This document shows, in pieces, positions 52,346 through 64,000 of a stretch of DNA of 64,000 nt. Made by a program: the position numbers and the translations under genes. The number at the start of each line of letters is the position of its first letter. The stretch's first letter is position 1. Where the stretch lies: positions 41,664,001-41,728,000 of the forward strand of contig OX597829.1 of the NCBI GenBank assembly GCA_951406725.2, read 5' to 3'. This DNA comes from Octopus vulgaris (Eukaryota). A model generated the notes under the pieces. It searched no databases and was not told the origin of the DNA. It saw only the letters and a program-made list of their open reading frames with translations.

Positions 52346-52423
<78 letters not shown>
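52335..52423. repeat. (CAG)n(TAG)n microsatellite
   Basis: Read directly from the sequence. Confidence 0.95.
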
Positions 52424-52424
<1 letters not shown>

Positions 52425-52750
52425 ATGGTTTCAAATTTTGGTACAAGGCCAGCAATTCTTGTGGGTGGGGCAAGTCTACTACATCAACTGCTACATATTT
52501 TTTCGAACAGATCAAGACTGGAGCCTGGTGCAGCCATCTGGTTCGCCAGCCCTCAGTCAAACCGTCCAACCCATGCTGGCATGGAAAGCGGACGTTAAAT
52601 GATGATGATGATGAAGGGATGAAAGGCAAAGTCAGCCTTAGCAGAACTTGAACCCAGAAAGTAAAGAGCTGAAAAACAATTCTGCTATTTCACTCAAAGC
52701 ATTAGTGATTTCACCACCTAACTGTCTTAATAATAATAATAATAATAATA

Positions 52751-53142
52751 AGCAAATATAAAGATCTTGAAATAGAAATCAACAAAATGTGGAACCTGAA
52801 GACTAAAACAATACCTGTTGTCATAGGTGCCCTGGGAATGATAGCAAAAGGGGCTGATTGCTACCTAACTGAGATACCAGGAAACCCCAAAATGGCAGAA
52901 ATTCAAAAGATAGTGCTCATGGGAACTGCTCATATCCTACGCAAAATACTTTCTATGTAATCTCAAGTTTTAAAACAAACATAATTTTTGTATGGTTTTT
53001 TTAGACACTCACTAGTATAACACTAAGCACAAAACCAAATATATGGCACCCTAGGCATAACACCAACATGAACTTCCAACTTGTTGTCTCTGGGTGAGAC
53101 TTGGAGCCAACTTGTACAAATGTAAGGCAAAAGTCAAACATA

Positions 53143-53143
<1 letters not shown>
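52751..53143 (+). mobile_element. Dong/R4-clade (restriction-like endonuclease) LINE 3' fragment inserted in (TAA)n
   Basis: 52751-52960 reads SKYKDLEIEINKMWNLKTKTIPVVIGALGMIAK..EIQKIVLMGTAHILRKILSM*; (TAA)n on both sides (52728-52751 and 53144-53200). Confidence 0.8.
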
Positions 53144-53200
<57 letters not shown>

Positions 53201-53401
53201 CCTTTCTACTAAAGGCACAAGGCCTGAAATTCTGTGGGAGGGGACTAAACAATAACATTGACCCCAGTGTTTCACTGGTACTTAATTTATCAATCCTGAA
53301 AGGCAAAATCGACTTCAGCAGAATTTGAACCTAGGATGTGAAGACGGACAAAATGCTGCTAAGCCTGGCATGCTAACAATTCTGCCAGCTTGCTGCTTTA
53401 A

Positions 53402-53436
<35 letters not shown>

Positions 53437-54226
53437 TTTATTTGCTATTAGTGATCATTGAGGATATTACAAAGATATGTTACAAAAAAAAAAAAAAATG
53501 GATAAGTAGGGAGATACATAAAAAAAACCCAGACAAAACAATAAAAGTGATTTACAAACAAACAAATCCAATAAATAATTAAGCATGTTTATTGTTATGA
53601 CAACAGAGATAACTAATGTAAACACAATTACCCACAAATCAGGGATAATCTACCTTAATCCTATTAAAGAGTTCACAAAACACTTAAAATGCTTAATCAT
53701 ATTCATTAAAAAAAAATGGATATACATAAATGTATTATTTTATATGCAATTATGAAAAAAAAAGTGTAATGTGGTGGTGGTGGTGGTGATGTGGGAGTAT
53801 GTGCGTGTAATAAAAAAACAAACAAACATTTTTTTATAGATTCATCTATAATTCTAGTTAATTAACAGAGAAGAGAACATTAGCAGACAAACGAGTTTGT
53901 CTTCTCAGACAATATAACAGAAGTGAAGGGATGGGGCCCCAATATGTAAGGGATGACAGTGTAGGAGAGAATGTGGAGGGGTAGGGGGAGATGATAGAAA
54001 GAAAACTGGACAAAAAAGAAGAGAAAGCAGGAGGCGTGGGAGGGGGGAATGAGGGGGGCGGAAGGAGGAGGGGAAGGAAGCAAAAGTGGGGATGGAGGAG
54101 GTAGGGAGTAAAAGAGGAGAGAAAGGTGGTGGCCGGATAAGGGGGTGGGTGGGGAGAGAAGTGAACAGAATTAAAAGAGATAAGTGAAATGGTGAGAGAA
54201 AGGAAAAGAAAAATGAAAATTCAAAT

Positions 54227-54635
54227 AGGTGCAGGGCGTGGCTGTGTGGTTAGAAGCATGCTTCCCAACCGTATAGTTCCGGGTTCAATCCCACTGTGTG
54301 ACAACTTGGGCAAGTACCTTCTACTATAGCTTTGGGCTGACCAAAGCCTTGTGAGTGGATTTGGTAGACAGAAACTGAAAAAAATCCCATCATACACACG
54401 TGAGTGTGTGTGTCTGTCTGTATGTGTGTGCATCTTTGTGTATGTGTTTGTCCCCCCGCCACTACTTAATAACCGGTGTTGGTGTTTACATCTCTGTACT
54501 TAGCAGTTTGGGAAAGGAGTTTGATAGAATAAGTACAAGGTTTAAGAGAAATAAAGTACTGGCTGGCATTGATTCATTTAACTAAAAAGTCTTCAACACG
54601 GTGCCCCAGCTTGACCACAGTCTAATGACAGAACA
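54227..54635 (+). mobile_element. SINE family A copy (older)
   Basis: Diverged head-to-tail match. Confidence 0.75.
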
Positions 54636-55359
54636 TGATTAAAAGGCAGCGAGCTGGCAGAAATGTTAGCACGCCGGACGAAATGCTAAGCGGTATTTCG
54701 TCTGCCATTACATTCTTAGTTCAAATTCCGCCGAGGTCGACTTTGCCTCTCATCCTTTCGGGGTCGATAAATTAAGAACCACTTACCAACTGGGCTCGAT
54801 GTAATCGACTTAATCCCTTTGTCTGTCCTTGTTTGTCCCCTCTATTATTAGCCCCTTGTGGGCAATAAAGAAATAAAATTAAAAGATAAAGATAAATAGC
54901 AAAACAAACAAAAATAATAAATTGCTTAAGATATTAGTTTCTAATTTTGGCACAAGGCCAGCAATTTCAGTGGAGGGATTATGTCAATCACATCGACCCC
55001 AGTGTTCAACTGGTACTTATTTCATTCACCCTAGAAGGATGAAAGGCGAAGCTAACCTTAGTGGAATTTGAACTCACAATGTAAAGACAGACAAAAAGTT
55101 GCTAAGCATTTTGTCTGGTGTGTTAAGGATTTTGCACGCTCACCATCAAACAAATGGTTTAGATATTTATGTTAGCCATGTTTAAGCAGCAGTGACATAT
55201 TATGGTAAACACAAGATAAGATAGGTCTGGGTCTTATTCCTGTTCTTGGACTATTATCTAGACCAGTACTCCGCAACCCTTTTTTTCAATTATGGTACAT
55301 TTACATTCTTTTCAAATTTCGGCGGCACACCTGAACTAAAAGTATATCTCTCTTTTCTC

Positions 55360-55570
55360 TCTCTTTTACTTGTTTCGGTCATTTGACTGTCGCCCTGCTG
55401 GAGCGCCGCCTTTAGTCGAGCAAATCAACCCCAGGACTTATTTTTTGTAAGCCTAGTACTTATTATACCAGTCTCTTTTGCCAAACCACTAAGTTACAGT
55501 GGGACGTAAACACACTAGCATCGGTTGTCAAGCGATGTTGGGGGGGACAAACACAGACACACAAACATAT

Positions 55571-55634
<64 letters not shown>

Positions 55635-55780
55635 ACGACAGGCTTCTTTCAGTTTCCGTCTACCAAATCCACTCACAAGGCTTTGGTCAGCCTGAGGCTA
55701 TAGTAGAAGACACTTGTCCAAGATGCCACGCAGTGGGACTGAACTCGGAACCATGTGGTTGGTAAGCAAGCTACTTACCA
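55360..55780 (-). mobile_element. SINE family A copy
   Basis: Match to family A with a slightly truncated head. Confidence 0.8.
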
Positions 55781-56359
55781 TATGGGAAAAAAATTATATT
55801 CAAGTTACACTGCGGCATGCCTAGCCTCGTCTCATGGCACACCAGTGTGCCACCAGTTGCAGAGCACTGCTCCAGATTGTCTCTTTTCTAAAATATCTTC
55901 AATCTACAGAAACAGCTTTTGCTTTATTAACCATTTTGAAACCAATCCACCCAAGACTGTTCCTGGGGTAGTCTATGGAATAAATTTCATGACTCAAAGT
56001 GATCTAAAAGAAAACATCATCATAAAATCCACTTTTCCATGCTTGCATGGATTGGACAGAATTTGTTTGAGGTGGAGTTTCTATGGCTGGACACCCTATC
56101 ACCAACCCTTATCTGTTTCATGAAAGGTAATATTTCTCCATAGCTGGACAAGTTTTCATGGAAAATCAGAAACAAATGACACTGCATGCATGACAGTTCC
56201 ACTCGTTTACAGCTAATACACGATGTCAAGGCAAGGAGACAGTACAATACAGACAACACACATACACCGATTGGCTTCTTTCAGTTTCCATCTACCAACC
56301 CCACAAGCAAAGCATTGGTTGACCCTGGGCTATAATAGAAGACACTGGGCTATAATAGA

Positions 56360-56592
56360 AGGCGGCGAGCTGGCAGAAACGTTAGCACGCCGGGCGAAAT
56401 GCGTAACCGTATTTCATCTGTCGTTACGTTCTGAGTTCAAATTCCGCCGAGGTCGACTTTGCCTTTCATCCTTTCGGGGTCGATAAATTAAGTACCAGTT
56501 ACGCACTGGGGTCGATGTAATCGACTAAATCCCTTTGTCTGTCCTTGTTTGACCCCTCTGTGTTTAGCCCCTTGTGGGTAGTAAAGAAATAT
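56360..56592 (+). mobile_element. Family B SINE inserted in a family A remnant
   Basis: TSD TATAATAGAAG on both sides; very CpG-rich, so young. Confidence 0.83.
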
Positions 56593-57002
56593 ATAATAGA
56601 AGACACTTGCCCAAGTGTGCCACGCAGATGATCAAGAATATTAAGTTTTTCTTTAGCCAAAATTGTAGCACACAACATAACCTAATGATTAATAACCTGT
56701 AAGAACTAGATAGAACCAACTGGCACAAAAACTGTAAAAGGAAGATTGGCTCAAAGATTTTTCTAAAAGATACTATGTGTATGTTTATAAAGAGGAGATA
56801 GAACCTGCAACACAGAAGACAACTGGGAGTCCCTGTGAGATATCTTGCTATGAGCTATAGACCAGATCTGTGGATGGATGTCTAACAGATGGAAGGTGAT
56901 ATGATAGTGGAATAGTACAGTAGATTGAGTCATAAAAACTAACAGACAGGCCTGAGAAGAATAGAGCATTGGGGTGAACATGCCAGTAAACCTGTCGTTC
57001 AT

Positions 57003-57502
57003 TCATTGTTCGACCGTGGTCAAGACAAAGGAATTTACTATGTTACACCAGACTTCACGGTCCATCATAGCATTACGGAGGTCCTGTTGCTGGATGCCTG
57101 TATCCCTGGAGATTACATCAGGGTAGGAGAGTGTGCACCCTCTGGTATCGCGAGCAGATGGCTTCCAGAGGTGAAGAGTAGAAATTACCTCGTTTTCAGC
57201 TCTACAACAATGTCCAGCAAACTGGACTCTTCTACCTTTCACAAGAGATGATACAGGTGGTAATTTCCCATATATTTGTACTTTGGTACAATGCACTCTT
57301 AAATATGGTTTCTGATTACAAATATATGGGGTGATACATATCATCATCTGAAAAAGATTTTCTAATTAGAAAGGGTATGGTCTGGTCAGCCTGTAATGAA
57401 ATGCATAGGATCTGGTCATCAAATCTAAGTAGAGATTTCAAACTTAAAATCTTCAAAGCCACAGTCAAACCAATTCTACTATATGGCTCAGAAACCTGGA
57501 CA
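57003..57502 (-). mobile_element. RTE-clade LINE fragment with 5' inversion
   Basis: 57003-57288 on the minus strand encodes the C-terminus. ~57290-57502 on the plus strand encodes the upstream part (..YISSSEKDFLIRKG..KIFKATV.PILLYGSETW). Confidence 0.82.
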
Positions 57503-57769
57503 TAAATCTGTAACATGAGGAGCAGTGGTGTGAAATGTTTTATGTTGCTAAGTATGAATCAAAAGTGTCATTGGGTGAAAAAATGTGTACATAATGATAA
57601 CAGTGTACTTACTCTCAATGACATTGGGAAGGAAATATAGAAACACAAAAATGAGAGATTGCTGAACAAGGAGAATGTATAGGTGTGAGAAGGCCTCTAA
57701 ACCCAAGTGGGCCCAACACAGGGACAGGCTGGCTATTCAAATTGATAGTTACATTATTATTCATTTTTT

Positions 57770-58150
57770 TCATTTAACATCTGCTTTCCATGCTAGCATG
57801 GGTTGGACGTATGACTGAGGTCTGGCGAACCAGACTCCAATCTGATCTGGCAGAGTTTCTACAGCTGGATGTCCCTCCTAACGCCAACCACTCTGAGAGT
57901 GTAGTGGGTGCTTTTACGTGCCACCGGCACGAGGGCCAGTTTGGTGGTACTGGCAACAGCCAAGCCCAAATGGTGCTTTTTATGTGCCACCTGCACAGGA
58001 GCCAGTCCAGTGGCACTGGCGACGACCTCACTCGAATGTTTCACATGCCACCAGCACAAGTGCTAGTAAGGCAACGCGGTAATGATCACACTTGAATGGT
58101 GTGCTTAAACATGCCATCGGCACAAAGGCCAGCTTGCTCTGGCAACAATC
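57770..58150 (-). mobile_element. Family C repeat
   Basis: Reverse-complement match to family C. Confidence 0.75.
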
Positions 58151-58388
58151 TTACTTCAAAAAAAGATCATTATGTATATGAAACCAGAGAAAGCAATTGG
58201 ACTATCTACTATAGTTACTGAGATACTGCAACTACCCAATGATTTAGGACATGTGAGCAACACATGTGTTGTTCACATGTCCTAGACCAGTGTGCACACA
58301 GTCTCCAGGCCAGTGTTTCATAATTCAGCACTCCACTTCCCCAAATGGTATTTCACAAATAACCCATTCATGCGTTTAGCAGACAAAT

Positions 58389-58815
58389 AGGCGTAGGAGT
58401 GGCTGTGTGGTAAGTAGCTGGCTTACAAACTACATGGTTCTGGGTTCAGTCCCACTGCGTGGCACTTTGGGCAAGTGTCTTCCACTATAGCCTCAGGCTG
58501 ACCAAAAGCCTTGTGAGTGGATTTGGTAGACGGAAACTGAAAGAAGTCCGCCGTATATATGTGTATATATATATATATGTATGTGTATGTATATGTTTGT
58601 ATCTGTGTTTGTCCCCCCCACCAACATCGTTTGACAACTGATGTTGGTGTGTTTACGTCCCCGTAACTTAGCGGTTCGGCAAAAAGAGAACCATAGAATA
58701 AGTACTAGGCTTACAAAGAATAAGTCCTGGGGTCGATTTGCTTGAAAAAAAGGCGGTGCTCTAGCATGGCCACAGTCAAATGACCGAAACGAGTAAAACA
58801 GAGAAAAGAGAAAAA
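58389..58815 (+). mobile_element. SINE family A copy
   Basis: Full head-to-tail match. Confidence 0.83.
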
Positions 58816-59659
58816 CAAATAATTACAGGGATGTACAGCAGCTATATTTTTACAGGCATTTATTATCCGTATTTTCTAACCCTATCCCATCAAACATGTA
58901 TTTTCTTGATATTTGCATGGATTAGTGCCCTGTATTTTCTTTTATCTTCTTTTACTCGTTTCAATCATTAGAGTGTGGTCATGCTAGAGCACTGCCTTGA
59001 TGAAGTTTTAGTCGAATGAAACAACCCCTGTACTTATTATTTTTCTTTAAGCCCGGCACTTATTCTCTCAGTATCTTTTGCTGTACCACTAAGTCACAGG
59101 AATATAAACACACCAACACCGGTTGTCAAGCAGTGGTGGGGGATGAACAGACAAAGACACACATACACACAGATATATATATATATATATATATACAATA
59201 GACTTCTTTCAGTTTCTGCCTATTAAATCCACTCACAAGGCTTTGGTCAACCTAAGGCTATAGTAGAAGACACTCACCTATGGTGCCATGCAGTAGAACT
59301 GAACCTGGAATCATATGGTTTCAAAGCAAACTTCTTACCACACAGCCATGCCTACACCCAATATATTAAAATTTTTATAGAAATTTATGGAAATTATATC
59401 GGACTTTCAGACACCATCAGTCATGTTCCCGCTCACTAATAACACAATGTCCCATTCATAATCTAAACCCCACAAAAAAATTTCTTCTGTTTTTTTGAAA
59501 ATCTACTTAAAATATATGTATTGTTACAAAGCTTATATAAATTATTTCTAAGAAAATTCACAACCTCTTCTAAACACCCAACACTAAACATTTTCCTCAC
59601 TATTGTAAGCTCACAATACCTTCAAAGAAGGTACTACTAGCCAAAGAGTACCACTGCTT

Positions 59660-59887
59660 TAGCCCATTAGCCTATAAACCACCCATATCTGGCCCAAATA
59701 TTCTACCTGTTTTACGTTCAAACTAGGCAGATCCAGCCTCTCACACCTACCCTACAATGTCATTCTAAAAATAAACAATCACATCAATGAAATCTTGAAG
59801 CTATGAGATAATGCACAATTAGTTCAAAATAATGTGAATAAATAGGCATTAACATTTGATACAGTAATTTGAATGATAATGGTTTAA
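59660..59887. mobile_element. TTAA-type MITE family F copy
   Basis: Shared core TCTCACACCTACCCTACAATGTCATTCTAAAAATAAACAATCAC. Related copies at about 2790-2990, 7010-7170, 23640-23810, 34215-34380, 42655-42833, 47636-47865 and 62440-62640. Confidence 0.6.
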
Positions 59888-60170
59888 ACCCAAGTATTTA
59901 TCAATAAACTAACAATGATATTATTAATCTGGTGTTTGGAACATAAATTACCAAGAAATTTTGATGGATGGCTTTAATTTACATGATGGTAGAATTAAGG
60001 GTGGTCTGAAAGCAGGTTGGTATCAAAAGATTAACTTAATTTAATCAATTTAACTTATCTTTAATCTTTGAAATCTTATTCCTCACTTTTACTTGTTTTC
60101 TCTAATACTTTATTAGTCTTTCAATCTTTAAATTAATAGTTTAAAATTTTCATACATAATCTGGTGCCCT

Positions 60171-60760
60171 TCATCATCATTGTTCAACCGTGGTAGAGAC
60201 AATGGAATTTACTATGTTACGCCAGACTTCACAATCCTTCATAGCATTACGGAGGTCCTGTTGCTGGATGCCTGTATCCCTGGAGATTACATCAGGGTAG
60301 GAGAGTGTGCACCCTCTGGTATCACGAGCAGATAGCTTCCAGAGGAGACGAGTAGAAATTACTTTGTTTTCAGCTCTACAACAATGTCCAGCAAACTGGG
60401 CTCTTCTACCTTTCACAAGATGATACAGGTGGTAGTTTCCCATATATTTGTACTTTGGTTGGATGACGCTTCCACGAGAGATTTTGAGCTCTCATAAGGA
60501 GGCGAGTGTAAGTTCCATCCAACCGCCTCTCAAGCTTCTTTGATAACGTCCAGGTTTCTGAGCCATATAGTAGAATTGGTTCGACTGTGGCTTTGAAGAT
60601 TTTAAGTTTGAAATCTCTACTTAGATTTGATGACCAGGTCTTATGCATATTATTTACAGGCTGACCAGGCCATACCCTTTCTAATTAGAAAATCTTTTTC
60701 AGATGATGATATGTATGACCCAAGATATTTGTAATCAGAAACATATTTAAGAGTGTATTG
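60171..60760 (-). mobile_element. RTE-clade LINE 3' fragment
   Basis: Frameshifted ORFs 60177-60895: DYKYLGSYI..KIFKATVEPILLYGSETWTLSKKLERRLDG..LSWK..FAGHCCR; (ATG)n tail. Confidence 0.87.
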
Positions 60761-61429
60761 TTGAGAGTATTGAGGTGCCCTTGGGGTAAAGACGCCGCTT
60801 CGGTCATGAATGACGATAGGACTGCACCTAGAAAGTTCCCCTCCAAGGCACAAGTCAAGGCAAGATGGTTTTATAGAAGACCTGTAGTTGCTCATACATA
60901 CCAGCCTCCGCTCTCCATGCCATCAATGTCATCCTAGGGAAAGGCAAAGGAGCTGATACAGCTTGGCACCAGTGATGTCACAACTCATTTCTACAGATAA
61001 ATAAACTGAGCAACGTGGAATAAAGTATCTTGTTCACAAATGTTACACACAACCCGGTGCAAGAATCAAACACACTACCTCATGATTGTGAGCCCAACAC
61101 TAACTATTTAGCCATGTGTAGTATCACATTATAATAACCAACTTCTTTAACTTAGATTATCTTTCCCACATAACTTTTTCAGTTTTTTTTTTGTTTAATT
61201 GCCTCTAATTTCAATTTAATTTAATTTTGCACTTTAGCTGAGTATTCTTCCCCCCTTTATTTTAAACATATCAGCTACATACATTTATAGAAGATCATTA
61301 TAGTTGGCTTGAGGCATTTTGATACAAAAGTAAAATAACAAAATAATAAAGACAGAGCACGAACAATGCAGAAAAGCAAAAGCTGAGTAACCTTTATAGA
61401 TTTCATGCACAAAGGTTCATCATCATTAC

Positions 61430-61555
61430 CAAGCACATGGTTCTAGGTTCAGTCCCACTGCATGGTCCCTGGGCAAGTATCTTCTACTATAGCCTCAGGC
61501 TGACCAAAGCCTTGTGAGTGGATTTGGTAGACGGAAACTGAAAGAAGCCCGTTGC

Positions 61556-61589
<34 letters not shown>

Positions 61590-61795
61590 CTGTGTTTTTG
61601 TCTCCCCACCATCACTTGACAACCGATGTTGGTGTGTTTACGTCCCCATAACTTAGCGGTTCGACAAAAAAAAAAAAACAACCAATAAAATAAGTACTAG
61701 GCTTACAAAGAATAAGTCCTGGGATCAATTTGGTCAACAAAAGACAGTGCTCCAGCATGGCTGCAGTCAAAATGACCGAAACAAGTAAAAGAATA
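61430..61795 (+). mobile_element. SINE family A copy (5'-truncated)
   Basis: Match from the B-box region to the tail. Confidence 0.78.
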
Positions 61796-61925
61796 ACCTA
61801 TACGGTACATATGTAAACAGGCAGTCATTTTATTTATATTCTCAACAATTACAGTATCAACAGAAAACAGGAGCTACTTATTGCATACAACAACTTCTTT
61901 CTTTCTGTTTTCATTTATTAACCCA

Positions 61926-62438
61926 CCAGCAGTATCGCCCGGCGTTGCTCGGGTTTGTAAGGGAAATAACTATATAAGCATTTTTAGAGAGTTACTTCCC
62001 TTATAGATGCCAATTCGGGCTTTCTTAGCCATTTCTGTTTTGGTGTCTTCAAGCCATGAAGTCGTTGTTCTAAAAGAACGCTGGTCTCCTTGACAACGCT
62101 TTACGACGTTGATTTCCTTACACTCCCTTCCCCACAGCTTCACGAGGGAGGGAAGAAGGGGGAGAAGCAAACAGGTGCAGCTGTGAGCGTGGACGCCAAC
62201 TCCGCCGCCATCGACACACGAAAAATTATGCATTAAAATGGAATAAAAAATGATGTTAAATTATTTTTTAAATCGTAGACTCATCGTAGACGCGTGCTAA
62301 TACTCAGACAGGTTCGATATGAATCACGACTATAAGATACCCGAATTTGGTTAAACTGCACCGCAAAATGTGAGAGTAGTTAGGAATCTAAATCAAAGGG
62401 GACAGACACTCACACAACTACAGTTTTATATATATAGA
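61926..62438 (-). mobile_element. Non-autonomous Helitron (513 bp)
   Basis: Minus strand begins A|TC and ends CTGG|T (CTRR). Subterminal GC hairpin CCCGAGCAACGCCGGG lies close to the 3' end; no TSD; CpG-rich. Confidence 0.75.
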
Positions 62439-62939
62439 TTACTGTTCGGATTATTCTACCAAAATTAAGGTTTTTTTCATCCACATTGCCTTCAACTAAT
62501 CAGGCATTATCTTGTAGCTTTGAGATTTTGATGAGGTAGCTGTTAAATTTTTAAATGATATTGTAGGGTTGGTGTGAGAGACCAGATCTGGCCAGTTTGA
62601 ACATAAAACAGGAAGAATACTTATGGCCGGTTTTTGTCTAAAGATTATACATACTTCTAATATTCCATTTAAAAAATTCCACCATTTACCATTATGATAG
62701 AAATATCTTTATTTCTTGTATTTATTTATTTATTCAATTTATACCATAAAATCTAACAGTATTACACCATTTAATGGTAATCTTAAGAAAAAAATAAGCT
62801 GTTACAGAGCAGACAATTTTTATGGGGGAAAAAATGTTTTAAATACACCAATTACGCTATAAAATTTGTACTTACTAAGAGACATCAAAGTATGTTTAAT
62901 GCTGACGCTTGTAATGTTTTTGTTGTTACTAGTTCTGAT

Positions 62940-63300
62940 ATCACCGTGAACACTGTGACCGACCAGGCTATAAGATGTTGCTACACATCGCTGGTCACAA
63001 TGCGCTTTGCATTGTTTTAGCCTTCAAGTGACGCCACCCCACTGGCTAAGTATGAATCAAAAGTGTCATTGGATGAAAAAATGTGTACATAATGATAACA
63101 GTGTACTTACTCTCAATGACATTGGGAAGGAAATATAGAAACAACAAAAATGAGCAGGCCAACAGAAGAAAGAGTGAGAGAAAGTTGTGGAGCTTTAGGT
63201 GTTTTCGCTCAATAAACACTCACAATGCCCGGTCTGGGAATCAAAACTGCAATCCTACAACCATGAGTCCACTGCCCTAAACACTGGGCCATTGCACCTA
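62940..63300 (-). mobile_element. D2 SINE interrupted by a ~100-bp locally copied segment
   Basis: Matches 38414-38718 apart from the insert at 63051-63151 and a short deletion. Confidence 0.78.
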
Positions 63301-64000
63301 CAGTTTTGATATAATTTGTTTTTAACAGATATAAATAATAGCATGTAAATATCAGGTTAGAAACCCCCTTTAGGATAGAAGTAAGTCGTTGAAGGCTCCT
63401 CACAGGACTTAAGTCCACATCTGTAAACATGATGGAACAGCTTTCAACTTTTCCTATCCAAAAGGATTTTCAACTCAATATTTACATGCTATTATTTACA
63501 GCTTTATCAATGGCAATGAGCAAGTAGAATTGTTAGCAAATCAGACAAAATGCTTTGTAGTATTTCTTACGGTGAGCTGGCAGAAACGTTAGCACACTGG
63601 GTGAAATGCGAAGCCGTATTTCGTCTGCTGTCACGCTGTGAGTTCAAATTCCACCTAGGTTGACTTTGCCTTTCATCCTTTCGGAGTCAATAAATTAAGT
63701 ACCAGTTATGCACTGGGGTCGATATAATCGACTTAATCCCTTTGTCTGTCCTTGTTTGTCCTCTGTGTTTAGCACTTCCCCTCCATAATTGTCTTTTTCT
63801 AATTCTTATTCACTACACTTCTTTATCCAGGTATTTTTCTCTTCTTTCTCACTGTCTCTCGATCCCCCTCGATGCACGTGTCTCAGATAAAAATCTGTGT
63901 GAAATAAAAATATATGGCAAACTCTTGGGCTAAATAAAAAAACGAAATCCCTCCTCATCCTACGCTATTTTTGCAAAACATTGAAAATCTGTCCTTAACA

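Noticed and set aside
53920-54220. Purine/G-rich tract with G-quadruplex or triplex potential
   Set aside because: Low-complexity sequence with no evidence of function.

Overview
AT-rich, repeat-dense animal genomic DNA; the SINE and microsatellite content suggests an octopus (inference, not verified). The only host gene I can support is a Rab35-like small GTPase on the minus strand. Five coding exons (19718-19668, 13471-13348, 9152-9028, 3987-3863, 228-109) splice in frame with GT-AG sites and end in the prenylation motif KKKCC*. Coding exon 1 was not found, so intron 1 probably exceeds 44 kb. The rest is transposon-derived: several tRNA-headed SINE families (my labels A, B, D, E), an (ATG)n-tailed family C, CR1/L2-, RTE- and Dong/R4-type LINE fragments, piggyBac and mariner deletion derivatives, and a non-autonomous Helitron. 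The most interesting signal is four sequence-unrelated minimal type I hammerhead-ribozyme motifs in palindromic or tandem Penelope-style insertions. One is carried by a tRNA-headed SINE-like element inserted as a head-to-head dimer (41949-42571). Also notable are a LINE/SINE 3' hairpin with compensatory changes and short, locally templated insertions bounded by microhomology. Most ORFs in the supplied track are spurious repeat translations.
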